A stretch of 64,000 nt of DNA from the NCBI GenBank assembly GCA_902622985.1, contig CACNSH010000006.1, positions 4,312 to 68,311 of the forward strand. The letters are read 5' to 3'. This DNA comes from an uncultured Pelagibacteraceae bacterium. Lineage in GTDB: Bacteria > Pseudomonadota > Alphaproteobacteria > Pelagibacterales > AG-422-B15. Both the position numbers and the translations under genes were made by a program. This document shows, piece after piece, positions 53,902-63,249 of this stretch (its first letter is position 1; each line of letters begins with the position of its first letter). The notes under the pieces are model-generated. The model ran no database searches. It saw nothing but the letters and a program-made list of their open reading frames with translations, and was not told the origin of the DNA.

Positions 53902-54323
53902 TGGATGTAAAATCAAAAATTATCACACAATTCATTAGAGACTTATCTTTTGAAAATCCAAATGGCCCAGGATCCTTTCAAGCTGGAAGTGAGAGACCTG
54001 CTATTAATGCTAACATTGACGTTAAGGCTCAGAATCGTAAAGGTACCGATGTCTATGAGGTGGAGCTTCAAATTAATGTTGGAGCCAAACGGGGTGACGA
54101 TAATTTATATTTAGTTGATCTCAAATATGTTGGTTTATTTGAAATTGAAAATTTAACTGATGATATTAAAGAGGCTTATTTATTAGTAGAGTGCCCAAGA
54201 ATACTTTTTCCATTTGCAAGACGTATTATTTATGATCTACACGCTGATGGTTCTTTACCACCACTCATGTTGGATCCTGTAAATTTTGCTGAACTTTATA
54301 AGAAAAAAAAAGGTAAGAACTAG
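53901..54323 (+). CDS. secB: Protein-export chaperone SecB
   Basis: QFIRDLSFENP, ECPRILFPFAR, LDPVNFAELY. Confidence 0.95.
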   Translation: MDVKSKIITQFIRDLSFENPNGPGSFQAGSERPAINANIDVKAQNRKGTDVYEVELQINVGAKRGDDNLYLVDLKYVGLFEIENLTDDIKEAYLLVECPRILFPFARRIIYDLHADGSLPPLMLDPVNFAELYKKKKGKN

Positions 54324-55132
54324 TATCTAATTAATTTAGGTTCACCATCAACGATCTCAAAAACTGGTTCTACGTTTGGTATATCATTTTTATCTTTATT
54401 GTTCATAAAAGATAAAAGCTCAGAAGTATCAGTAAAACCGCAAATCATTTCGAGATTTTTAATTGTTGGCATAATCATAGGAAAGTCTCCAGTTTTAAAT
54501 TGTTTGAGGGCTTCTTCGGGATTAATCCATTTACTCTCAACTCCTTCGGTGCCGTCATGCACAGCCTCCTGGTCAGTACTTCGAGCTACAAAAAATCTTG
54601 TGCTGTATCTTCTTTTCTCAATTTTTGGTGTTACCCAATGCGAAATGTATGCAAGTTCATTTGTGGCAAGCTCCAAATTTAGATTATCGATCATTTCGTA
54701 AAAAATATTTTCACCCTTGAGAATTCTATCTTTGAACCGGCTCAGAGTTTCAAGTTCATTTTCTTTCAAAATAGTATTTTTCAAATTTTTTCCAATTTGA
54801 TTTGCAAGCAAGATGCCACTTTCCTCAAAGCACTCTCTAATACATGCTGTCCAATATGATAGACCATTTTTTTCTATGCCAAGTCTCTCGGATGCAGCGC
54901 TATCATCTAAATGAGGGCTATACTTTTGATAATCATTTGAGACATCTTCATGATCAATCTTACCCCCAGGAAAAACCCAGGCTCCTCCAAAATTTGTTTT
55001 CATTGATCTTTTAATCATGAATACTTCTATTTTTTTATCTGCATCTCTGATAAGCAAGACCGATGCTGCTGGAGTTGGTATTTTTTGATAATTGTTGTTA
55101 TCACTAAGAGTATGATTAATCTTATTATTCAC
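54320..55132 (-). CDS. NUDIX hydrolase (Nudt19-like)
   Basis: PAASVLLIRD, WVFPGGKID, IRECFEESG, HWVTP, RYSTRFF. Probable GTG start at 55132, overlapping the dnaQ stop; exact start uncertain. Confidence 0.82.
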   Translation of the reverse strand: MNNKINHTLSDNNNYQKIPTPAASVLLIRDADKKIEVFMIKRSMKTNFGGAWVFPGGKIDHEDVSNDYQKYSPHLDDSAASERLGIEKNGLSYWTACIRECFEESGILLANQIGKNLKNTILKENELETLSRFKDRILKGENIFYEMIDNLNLELATNELAYISHWVTPKIEKRRYSTRFFVARSTDQEAVHDGTEGVESKWINPEEALKQFKTGDFPMIMPTIKNLEMICGFTDTSELLSFMNNKDKNDIPNVEPVFEIVDGEPKLIRY

Positions 55133-55835
55133 TCGTTTGATTGTTTTTAGATTGATTGATTTTATTCCATATAGAATGCTTACCCAGTGTTTCAATAAAT
55201 GAGTCGTGTAACTTTTTTTCTTGGTCTGAAAGTCTTGAAGGCAAATTTCGGTTTTTTATTTTCTCAATATTGAAAGATGATACGGGCTTCTTAATTACCT
55301 CCACACTATTTAAATCTAAGCTCAGTTCACGAGCATCCATTAACTCTATATATACACGGGCTAAAAGCTCTGTATCAATCGTGGCCGAGTGTTTTTCTCT
55401 TTGTGTATTATCAATTGCAAATCTCTTGCAAAGCGCGTCAAGCGAGACGCTTTGACCTGGAAATTTCTCTCTAGCTATCGATACAGTGTCAATTTTGTCA
55501 TTTTTCAGTGAATCTTTGCCGCAAGCATTTAATTCATGATTTAAGAAGCCTATATCAAAATCTACGTTGTGCGCAATGATTGGGTCTTTACCTACAAATT
55601 CTAAAAAATCATTTACAATTTGCTCAAACAAAGGCTTATCTTTTAAAAACTCATAACTCAGGCCATGAACCTTAAATGATGTCTCTGGCACATCGCGCTG
55701 AGGATTTATGTATTGCTGATAATTTTTTCCAGTGGGTAAATAATCAATTATCTCTATTGCAGCAATTTCTATTACTCTATGACCCTCTGAGGGTCTTAAG
55801 CCAGTAGTTTCAGTATCAAGAACAATTTGCCTCAT
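55125..55835 (-). CDS. dnaQ: DNA polymerase III epsilon subunit
   Basis: LDTETTGL, AHNVDFD, SLDALCKRF, HSATID. Confidence 0.96.
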   Translation of the reverse strand: MRQIVLDTETTGLRPSEGHRVIEIAAIEIIDYLPTGKNYQQYINPQRDVPETSFKVHGLSYEFLKDKPLFEQIVNDFLEFVGKDPIIAHNVDFDIGFLNHELNACGKDSLKNDKIDTVSIAREKFPGQSVSLDALCKRFAIDNTQREKHSATIDTELLARVYIELMDARELSLDLNSVEVIKKPVSSFNIEKIKNRNLPSRLSDQEKKLHDSFIETLGKHSIWNKINQSKNNQTSE

Positions 55836-56455
55836 TGATTAAAGAAGGTATTCCACGCTTTTGGATTAATCAATTTAATTTTTGCTGCGACTTCTTTAAC
55901 CTCAAATTTAGTTTCCTCAATATCGCTATCGGTTGAGATAATGTAATCTGCTTTTTTTAGTTTATCTCTATCTGGCATTTGTTGGTCTTTAATGGCATTA
56001 AAAATTTCTAATGGTACTTTTCTGTCTGAAACCACCCTTGACTTTTGTGTTTCCTCAGATGCTGTAACAACAATAGCAATATCTACATACTTTTCTCCTC
56101 CAGTTTCAAAAAGAAGTGGGATATCTAAGACACAACCTACCTTTCCTTCTTCAATTAATTTTTTTATATAAATTATTTGATATTTTCTTGTTACGGGGTG
56201 AACAATTTGTTCTAAATCTCTAAATTTGTCAGGCTCTCTGTTTAATATGTCTCTTAGCGCCAATCGATTTACTGCACCATCTTTTGTTGAACCTGGAAAC
56301 TTGCTCTCTACTTTTGCTATCACCTCTTCATCATTTTCATAAATATAATGAACCGTATCGTCTGCATTATAAACCCCATAACCATGCTCTTTAAACATTT
56401 GGGCAACTGTTGATTTTCCCATCCCAATAGATCCTGTTACACCAACCAACAACAT
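55832..56455 (-). CDS. coaE: Dephospho-CoA kinase
   Basis: GVTGSIGMGKST, LEQIVHP, DIPLLFE. Confidence 0.95.
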   Translation of the reverse strand: MLLVGVTGSIGMGKSTVAQMFKEHGYGVYNADDTVHYIYENDEEVIAKVESKFPGSTKDGAVNRLALRDILNREPDKFRDLEQIVHPVTRKYQIIYIKKLIEEGKVGCVLDIPLLFETGGEKYVDIAIVVTASEETQKSRVVSDRKVPLEIFNAIKDQQMPDRDKLKKADYIISTDSDIEETKFEVKEVAAKIKLINPKAWNTFFNQ

Positions 56456-57270
56456 CAGTTAACACCCAATACACTCATTAAATCATCATCAATTTCAGGC
56501 ATTATATCGTGCCATAATTTGAAGGACCCCGCAGCTTGATGGACTAGCATTTCCAATCCATTTTGAACTGTAAAGCCATTTTTCTCAGCGTGTCTTAGAA
56601 AAATTGTCTTGCTTGGATTATATATTAGATCGTAAACATGTGCAGATGAATTTAGGCTGTTAAAATTTATTAAATTGTTTTCTTCACCCTCTTGCTGTCC
56701 TAAGCTTGTGGTATTGACAACTAAATGTGAGGATCCAATAAACTCACTAATCGTTTTTTCTGTTAAGATTATTGCCTCTACACCAAGGTCACTGCAAAGT
56801 AGTTCTGCATTTTCTCTTGTTCTATTATAAATACCAATCTCACACTTCATGTGTGTTAGCGCATACACAACCGCCCTTGCTGATCCGCCGGCTCCAAGCA
56901 CCAAACATGATTTGTTATTTAGGCCTCTGTTTGCAATTGATTTTTCAAAACCAATCGGGTCAGTGTTATCCCCATAAACACCATCTTTATTTACTGTGAG
57001 TGTATTAACTGCTTTGAGAGCTCTTGCAATATCAGATGTGTTGTCACAATATTTGTATGCGTCTTCTTTAAGGGGGACCGTAACGTTTAAACCGTAATAA
57101 CCCTCTTCTACTAAACGATCAACATCCCTAATAAAGTTTTCTTTTTTTACATTTATTTTTTGGTAGGAACCCACATCAATTTTCTCACTTTCAATCCAGT
57201 GATTATGAATTTTGGGTGAAAGGCTATGATCGATTGGATCTCCAATAACTGCTGTTTTTTTATGTGCCAT
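56455..57270 (-). CDS. aroE: Shikimate dehydrogenase
   Basis: IGDPIDHSLSPKIH, NVTVPLK, NTD, GAGGSAR, DLIYNP. Confidence 0.95.
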   Translation of the reverse strand: MAHKKTAVIGDPIDHSLSPKIHNHWIESEKIDVGSYQKINVKKENFIRDVDRLVEEGYYGLNVTVPLKEDAYKYCDNTSDIARALKAVNTLTVNKDGVYGDNTDPIGFEKSIANRGLNNKSCLVLGAGGSARAVVYALTHMKCEIGIYNRTRENAELLCSDLGVEAIILTEKTISEFIGSSHLVVNTTSLGQQEGEENNLINFNSLNSSAHVYDLIYNPSKTIFLRHAEKNGFTVQNGLEMLVHQAAGSFKLWHDIMPEIDDDLMSVLGVN

Positions 57271-57865
57271 TGTTTTCAAATAGAAGATTGTTGTCCCATA
57301 GGAACTGGGTTAATTGAATTAATGATATGCCTTGTATTGAAAAAAGGTCACTCCCAATATTTTCAAAAAGTTTAATTCCTTCTTCCTCAATTGCATAAAC
57401 ACCTACAAGACCAAGAATATTATCGTCGACTTTATTTAAATACTCTTTTACCAGGTCCTCGCTTAACTTTCGCATATGCATTTTAGATCTGTCTATGTAC
57501 TTCCAAATAATGTTATTGTCTTGAGCAACTGTTGTGGCAGTTATGAGTGTGTGGATAGATCCACTCATTTTCATCAACTGTTCTTTTGCTTCATTTCTAT
57601 CGCGAGCCTTGTTAATTAATTCGCCTTTCAGATCCAAACCTTGGTCTGATCCAATAACAAATGCACTCTTATTAGACATGGAAGGCTTCAAGGCCTTCAT
57701 CTCAGCAAGTTTAACCACAACCTCTTCTGGTGTGTTTTTGCTCATCGACATCTTTATTTCGTCTTCATCTATACCATGAGCAACAGGCTCAAAGTTTATA
57801 CCTGCGTTGCGTAACAATTTAATTCTTGTTTCGCTTTTAGATGCCAAAATTATATCCCTGTTCAT
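57260..57865 (-). CDS. maf: Maf family nucleotide pyrophosphatase
   Basis: IILASKSETR, LAEMKA, IGSDQ, GVYAIE. Confidence 0.9.
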   Translation of the reverse strand: MNRDIILASKSETRIKLLRNAGINFEPVAHGIDEDEIKMSMSKNTPEEVVVKLAEMKALKPSMSNKSAFVIGSDQGLDLKGELINKARDRNEAKEQLMKMSGSIHTLITATTVAQDNNIIWKYIDRSKMHMRKLSEDLVKEYLNKVDDNILGLVGVYAIEEEGIKLFENIGSDLFSIQGISLIQLTQFLWDNNLLFENNGT

Positions 57866-58138
57866 AAACCTGTATAAACCCCTTATGACCTGTGTGTACT
57901 TTTGCTCTCTTTGCCCATCTGTAATTTTTAACTTATTTTTCTATCTTTATTGAGAATTTTTGCAAATTTTGTTCACCTGTTAGGGATATTACCGTTTTCT
58001 TCCACGGCAGTGTATAAGGTTAAAAAGCATATAATTCAAAGCGATTGTTCTGTGTATCGAATTGTGGGCAAAATGCGACTTTTTATATATACACAATTCC
58101 ACAGGAACATAAACAACTACAATTATATATATAATATA
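57866..58138. other. Probable chromosomal replication origin (oriC)
   Basis: Largest intergenic gap in the window, between divergent maf and hemE, the usual alphaproteobacterial oriC position. Clustered degenerate DnaA boxes at 58051-59, 58063-71, 58087-95 and 58095-103, followed by trio-like repeats and an all-A/T tract. Confidence 0.7.
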
Positions 58139-59125
58139 ATGAGTATATTTATAGACACACTTAAGGGTCAAAAAACAAAGCCAACACCGGTTTGGTTAAT
58201 GAGACAAGCAGGAAGGCATTTACCTGAATATATAAGTATCAGAAAACAGTTTGCAAACCTTATGGATATGTTCCTTGATCCTTTGACAATATTTGAGGTT
58301 TCCCTGCAGCCTATAAACAGATACGGAATGGATGCCTGTATTGTGTTTTCAGATATTTTAATAACGCCCTTTGCTGCGGGTTCAAGCGTTAGTTTTGTTG
58401 ACGGGCAGGGTCCCGTAATAAAGTTCAATGAGAACATGAGTTATAAACTTGAAAAAACCTTACCTCTTGCAACAGGAATAAAAAAAATAAAAGAAAATAC
58501 AGATATCCCTTTAATAGGATTTGCTGGCGGAGCATGGACGACACTGTTCTATTGTTTATATGAAAAGAATGAACGTCAAAACCTAAAATTCGAAGATGTT
58601 GTAAAAAAGACTTCACAAATAGACAATTTAATCGAGCAAATGACACATGTCATTATTCAACACGCAGAAATGCAAATTGATAGCGGGATTGATGCTTTTC
58701 AAATATTTGAGTCAGCGGCAGAGCACTTGAATGACGAACAGTTCAACAAATGGTGTATTCAACCTACAAAAAAAATTATTGAAAGTATAAAAAAAATAAA
58801 AGACATTCCTATTATTGGCTTTCCTAGAAACACTAACCTCGCGTGTTATAAAAAATATTCAAATATAGATAAGCTTGACTGTATTACTTTAGACTATAAT
58901 TTTCCTTTAGATAAAATTAATGAGCTAAACGATAAAATTGTCTTTCAAGGAAACTTGGATCCTAAACATTTACTAAAAGACTCCCAAAACCTTAGTCAGA
59001 AAATTGAAGAAATATTGTTTGCTTTTAGAGAAAGACCACATATTTTTAATTTAGGACACGGGGTTTTACCTGAGACATCAATTGAGAAGGTTGAACAAAT
59101 GCTCTTACAGATAAGGTCAACATGA
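58139..59125 (+). CDS. hemE: Uroporphyrinogen decarboxylase
   Basis: PVWLMRQAGR, IVFSDIL, QGNLDP, IFNLGHG. Start set at ATG 58139 rather than the track's TTG 57950. Confidence 0.93.
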   Translation: MSIFIDTLKGQKTKPTPVWLMRQAGRHLPEYISIRKQFANLMDMFLDPLTIFEVSLQPINRYGMDACIVFSDILITPFAAGSSVSFVDGQGPVIKFNENMSYKLEKTLPLATGIKKIKENTDIPLIGFAGGAWTTLFYCLYEKNERQNLKFEDVVKKTSQIDNLIEQMTHVIIQHAEMQIDSGIDAFQIFESAAEHLNDEQFNKWCIQPTKKIIESIKKIKDIPIIGFPRNTNLACYKKYSNIDKLDCITLDYNFPLDKINELNDKIVFQGNLDPKHLLKDSQNLSQKIEEILFAFRERPHIFNLGHGVLPETSIEKVEQMLLQIRST

Positions 59126-60141
59126 AAACAGCGGTCGTTTTATTTAACTTGGGCGGACCAGACAAACAAGAAAGCGTAAAACCTTTTTTATTTAATCTGT
59201 TTAATGATCCCAACATATTTAGACTTCCAAATCCCTTCAGGTATTTATTGGCAAGACTTATATCTTCCCTTCGCACCAAAGAGGCCACTGAAATTTATGC
59301 CGAAATAGGCGGTAAATCCCCTATTCTTGAAATTACAAACTCCCAAGCAGAGGCCCTTCAGAAAGAGTTAGAAAACAAAGGCATCGAGAACAAAGTATTT
59401 GTTTGTATGAGATATTGGCATCCAATGACAGCTGAGGTAGTTTCAAAAGTCAAAGACTATAACCCAGACAAAATATTTTTACTGCCCCTGTATCCACAGT
59501 ACTCCACCACAACAACCAAATCTTCTCTGGATGCATGGTTCAACGAAGCACAAAACCAGGAATTAATCGCAAAAACAAAATACACCTGCTGTTATCCGTA
59601 CGACACAAAATTAATCAAAGCCCATCAGAAACTGATCCAAGATAAAATAAACCACATCAAAGATAAAAAAATAAGAGTTCTGTTTTCCGCTCACAGTTTA
59701 CCAGTATCAATAATTAAAAAAGGTGATCCATATCAATGGCAAGTGGAGCAAACAGTAAAAGCGGTCATAAAGGGCATTCATGGTTATGAAGATCATGTTT
59801 TGGCTTACCAAAGCAAAGTGACCCCAGTTAAATGGCTTGAACCAACAACACCAAGTGAAATTGAAAATGCAATTAACGAAGACAGGGCGCTGGTTATTGT
59901 TCCAATTGCGTTTGTCTCGGATCACTCTGAAACGCTCGTTGAATTAGATATCGAGTACCAAGAACTTGCAAGCGAGCTAGGCTGTAAGCATTATTATAGA
60001 TCTGAGTCTTTAAATATTGATCAAACATTTATAGAAAGCTTATCTGAAATAGTTAGCGAGTCAGAGAAAGTTGAGAGCGGGAATATCAGGCAAAAGATAT
60101 GTCCAGCAACGTTTAAACAGTGTGATCAAGAATTAAGATGA
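59122..60141 (+). CDS. hemH: Ferrochelatase
   Basis: FNLGGP, PLYPQYSTTT, FSAHSLP, GDPY, FVSDHSETLVELD. Confidence 0.97.
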   Translation: MKTAVVLFNLGGPDKQESVKPFLFNLFNDPNIFRLPNPFRYLLARLISSLRTKEATEIYAEIGGKSPILEITNSQAEALQKELENKGIENKVFVCMRYWHPMTAEVVSKVKDYNPDKIFLLPLYPQYSTTTTKSSLDAWFNEAQNQELIAKTKYTCCYPYDTKLIKAHQKLIQDKINHIKDKKIRVLFSAHSLPVSIIKKGDPYQWQVEQTVKAVIKGIHGYEDHVLAYQSKVTPVKWLEPTTPSEIENAINEDRALVIVPIAFVSDHSETLVELDIEYQELASELGCKHYYRSESLNIDQTFIESLSEIVSESEKVESGNIRQKICPATFKQCDQELR

Positions 60142-60581
60142 ATTCAATTTTTTTATATAATTTATTTCTTAGTTTGCACATCATCAGCGTTATAGCTTGG
60201 ATGGCGGGCTTATTATATTTGCCAAGATTATTTGTTTATCATTGGAGTAAAGAGGTGGGGTCTGACTCGTCAGAGACTTTTAAATTAATGGAATTACGTT
60301 TACTTAAAATTATTATGAATCCAGCAATGATATTTTCATGGTTGTTTGGTTTAGCGTTGATATCAAATTTGGGTATTGACGCACTGTTTCAATTATGGCT
60401 TCAATTAAAAATCATATTTGTGATCCTCATGTCTGGAGTTCATGGGTATTTCTCAAAATTAACAAGAGAGTTTCAAGAGGACAAAAGGCCGAAATCAGAG
60501 CGTTTTTTTAGAATTATCAATGAATTTCCAACAGTTTTGATGATAATTGTCGTATTTCTAGTTATTTTTAAACCAATATAA
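60138..60581 (+). CDS. hemJ: Protoporphyrinogen oxidase HemJ
   Basis: LHIISVIAWMAGLLYLPRLFVYH and FRIINEFPT. Confidence 0.95.
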   Translation: MNSIFLYNLFLSLHIISVIAWMAGLLYLPRLFVYHWSKEVGSDSSETFKLMELRLLKIIMNPAMIFSWLFGLALISNLGIDALFQLWLQLKIIFVILMSGVHGYFSKLTREFQEDKRPKSERFFRIINEFPTVLMIIVVFLVIFKPI

Positions 60582-60584
60582 AAC

Positions 60585-60613
60585 TTGCTATCTTTAACGA
60601 TTACGGCTAGAAA
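60585..60613 (+). promoter_or_regulatory. Putative sigma70 promoter of rho
   Basis: TTGCTA, 17-nt spacer, TAGAAA preceded by GC (alphaproteobacterial-style -10 lacking the last T). Confidence 0.5.
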
Positions 60614-60658
60614 GCATCTTCCAAACTATTTTCCACATTATCATCATCATTAAAACGA

Positions 60659-61924
60659 ATGGCTAAAAACTTAAAACTAAGAGACCTTAAGAAAAAAACT
60701 CCACAAGAACTTCTTGTTTATGCAGAGGAACTTGGCGTTGAAAACGCTAGTTCAATGCGTACACAAGATATGCTGTTTGAAATATTGAAAACCCTTGCGA
60801 GTGACAGCAAAGATATTGACGGTGAAGGTGTTTTAGAAGTTTTACAGGATGGGTTTGGATTTTTAAGATCAATGGAGGCCAATTATCTTCCAGGTCCTGA
60901 TGATATTTATGTAAGCCCAAGTCAAATTAAAAGATTTGGATTAAGATCAGGAGACACTGTTGAAGGTCCAATTAGAGCACCAAAGGATGGTGAACGTTAT
61001 TTTGCATTATTAAAAATTGATACAATCAACTATGAACCAACTGAAAAAAGTAGAAACAAAATTAACTTTGATAACCTCACGCCTCTTTATCCAGATGAGC
61101 AAATCAGATTAGAAACTGAAAAACCAGCAAGTGATCAAAGTTCAAGAGTGATTGATTTGGTTGCACCAATTGGTAAAGGTCAAAGAGCTCTTATTGTGTC
61201 GCCACCAAGAACAGGTAAAACAGTTTTACTTCAAAACATAGCACATTCAATTACGGATAATCACCCAGAATGTTACTTAATGGTTTTATTAATTGATGAG
61301 AGACCAGAGGAAGTTACAGATATGCAACGCTCTGTAAAAGGAGAGGTTGTCAGCTCAACATTTGATGAGCCGGCATCGCGTCACGTACAAGTTGCTGAGA
61401 TGGTCATCAATAAAGCAAAAAGATTAGTGGAGCATAAAAAAGATGTTGTTATTCTTTTGGACTCTATAACTCGACTGGGTCGTGCTTACAATACAGTTGT
61501 TCCAAGTTCAGGAAAAGTTTTAACAGGTGGTGTTGATGCAAATGCATTACAAAGACCAAAGAGATTTTTTGGAGCAGCTAGAAATATTGAAGATGGCGGT
61601 TCACTAACTATTATTTCAACTGCTCTGATTGATACAGGAAGTAGAATGGATGAGGTAATTTTTGAGGAATTCAAAGGAACCGGTAACTCAGAAATTATAT
61701 TAGACAGAAAAGTTGCTGATAAAAGAATATATCCTGCAATTGATATTACTAAGTCTGGTACTCGAAAAGAAGAGATACTGCTTGATAAAGACGAACTTCA
61801 AAAAATGTACGTTCTTAGACGTATTCTTAACCCAATGGGAACAATGGACTCAATCGAGTTCTTGCTAGGTAAACTGAAAGAAACAAAAGATAATGCTGAT
61901 TTCTTTCAGTCAATGAATAAGTAA
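60659..61924 (+). CDS. rho: Transcription termination factor Rho
   Basis: [40 protein letters not shown]. Confidence 0.99.
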   Translation: MAKNLKLRDLKKKTPQELLVYAEELGVENASSMRTQDMLFEILKTLASDSKDIDGEGVLEVLQDGFGFLRSMEANYLPGPDDIYVSPSQIKRFGLRSGDTVEGPIRAPKDGERYFALLKIDTINYEPTEKSRNKINFDNLTPLYPDEQIRLETEKPASDQSSRVIDLVAPIGKGQRALIVSPPRTGKTVLLQNIAHSITDNHPECYLMVLLIDERPEEVTDMQRSVKGEVVSSTFDEPASRHVQVAEMVINKAKRLVEHKKDVVILLDSITRLGRAYNTVVPSSGKVLTGGVDANALQRPKRFFGAARNIEDGGSLTIISTALIDTGSRMDEVIFEEFKGTGNSEIILDRKVADKRIYPAIDITKSGTRKEEILLDKDELQKMYVLRRILNPMGTMDSIEFLLGKLKETKDNADFFQSMNK

Positions 61925-61925
61925 A

Positions 61926-62465
61926 TTATCCTTCCGCCTTCATCAACGACCTTATCTGATATTTTTTAGAAATCTTCTTTGAGCCTTTAAGGTTCCATAA
62001 ATCAATTATCGTAAAAAATTCAATTTTCTTTACCCCAAGTTTTGAAATTAGCTTTGCGGCCGCGTTAGCTGTTCCGCCGGTTGCAATTAAGTCATCGACA
62101 ATCAAAACTTTATCTCTGGAAGTGATAGAATGTTTGTGTACCTGGATTTCATCCATTCCATACTCTAACTTGTATTTTTGTTTGACTATTTTTCCTGGAA
62201 GTTTCCCTTTTTTTCTTATTGGAATAAAAGGTAAGCCAAGCTTGTAGGCAACAGCTGATCCAAAGATGAACCCTCTCGCCTCTATACCAGCTACTTTAGT
62301 AAATTTATTTTTTTTACAATATTTAGAAATTTCATTAACAACTTCGGTAAAAAGTGGCTTACTGTCTGTGATTGAAGTTATGTCTTGAAACTGAATACCC
62401 TTTTTTGGGAAATCAGGGATCACCCTGATTGTCTTCTTGAGTTTATTTTTTAGTTTTTTGTTCAA
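61926..62465 (-). CDS. apt: Adenine phosphoribosyltransferase
   Basis: PDFPKKGIQFQDI, EARGFIFG, IVDDLIATGGT. Confidence 0.96.
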   Translation of the reverse strand: MNKKLKNKLKKTIRVIPDFPKKGIQFQDITSITDSKPLFTEVVNEISKYCKKNKFTKVAGIEARGFIFGSAVAYKLGLPFIPIRKKGKLPGKIVKQKYKLEYGMDEIQVHKHSITSRDKVLIVDDLIATGGTANAAAKLISKLGVKKIEFFTIIDLWNLKGSKKISKKYQIRSLMKAEG

Positions 62466-62898
62466 TGTTCAGTAAATTTTTTTTAGTACTTAATCCACCC
62501 ACTGATGTAAATCCTGTAAGTTTGCCATCACTTCCAACAACTCTGTGACATGGAACCGTCATCATAAGATTATTTTTTCCTAAGGCGCCCCCAACAGCTC
62601 GGGGCGAAGTTCTTAATTTCCTTGCAATGTCCCCATAAGTTGTTGTTCTACCATAAGGTATTCTTTGTAAATAATTCCAAACACGGTTTTGAAATTTTGT
62701 GCCCATTTGTCTAGTTGGAAAATTAAGGGATCGTCTTTTGCGCGCGAGATACATTTTAATTTGAAGCGCAGATCTTTTTAGAAGCTTATCTTCTGTCTTG
62801 TTAGGCTTTTTCCTTGTTCTATGAACTGCAATTATTCTATTTTTGCTTGAGACAAGCTCAATATTGCCAATGATTGATTTGAAAACGTAGCTGCTCAT
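62443..62898 (-). CDS. ogt: Methylated-DNA-protein-cysteine methyltransferase
   Basis: GTKFQNRVW, IPYG, RAVG, VPCHRV. Confidence 0.93.
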   Translation of the reverse strand: MSSYVFKSIIGNIELVSSKNRIIAVHRTRKKPNKTEDKLLKRSALQIKMYLARKRRSLNFPTRQMGTKFQNRVWNYLQRIPYGRTTTYGDIARKLRTSPRAVGGALGKNNLMMTVPCHRVVGSDGKLTGFTSVGGLSTKKNLLNIEQKTKK

Positions 62899-62928
62899 AT
62901 ATATAAGATATTATAATTTTTTGACTTT

Positions 62929-63249
62929 ATGACTAACAAATTTTTTGAAAGACACGTATTTTTTTGCACAAATCAAAGACCTGAAGGTCACCCGAAAGGT
63001 TGTTGTGCTTCTAAAAATTCAACAGTGCTTCGAGCCTATATGAAGAAAAAAACAAAAGAATTAGTCTCCGATAAGAAAATAAGAATAAATGCATCAGGCT
63101 GTTTGGATCATTGTGAATTTGGTCCTACACTTGTTGTTTATCCAGATAATGTTTGGTACACGTGTAAAACAGAAGAAGAGGTGGACCAAGTAATCAATGA
63201 ACATCTTATCAACGACCGTATTGCCGAAAACCTCCAAATAAAAAAATGA
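62929..63249 (+). CDS. Thioredoxin-like [2Fe-2S] ferredoxin
   Basis: HVFFCTNQR...GCC, RINASGCLDHCEFGP, VYPDNVWY. Confidence 0.9.
   Translation: MTNKFFERHVFFCTNQRPEGHPKGCCASKNSTVLRAYMKKKTKELVSDKKIRINASGCLDHCEFGPTLVVYPDNVWYTCKTEEEVDQVINEHLINDRIAENLQIKK

Noticed and set aside
55133..55195. 71-nt overlap of the NUDIX ORF with dnaQ in the ORF track
   Set aside because: A GTG at 55132 overlapping the dnaQ stop gives ordinary coupling, and the extension has no recognisable homology.
57543..57568. Inverted repeat in maf (ATGAGTG...CACTCAT enclosing GTGGAT-AG-ATCCAC) containing an 8/9 DnaA box
   Set aside because: Single occurrence inside a CDS. It could be an accessory DnaA site but cannot be told from chance without conservation data.
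58020..58034. TTAA-N7-ATAA, a CtrA-like site in the predicted origin
   Set aside because: One mismatch in an all-A/T motif is too likely by chance.
57950..58138. 63-aa N-terminal extension of HemE in the ORF track (TTG start)
   Set aside because: No HemE-like sequence before MSIFIDTLKG, and the stretch coincides with the predicted oriC, so it is most likely an open frame by chance.
60629..60637. Perfect TTWTNCACA match (TTTTCCACA) in the rho leader
   Set aside because: The same 9-mer occurs in unrelated coding regions (near 18996, 25288 and 49911), so it is uninformative in this AT-rich sequence.
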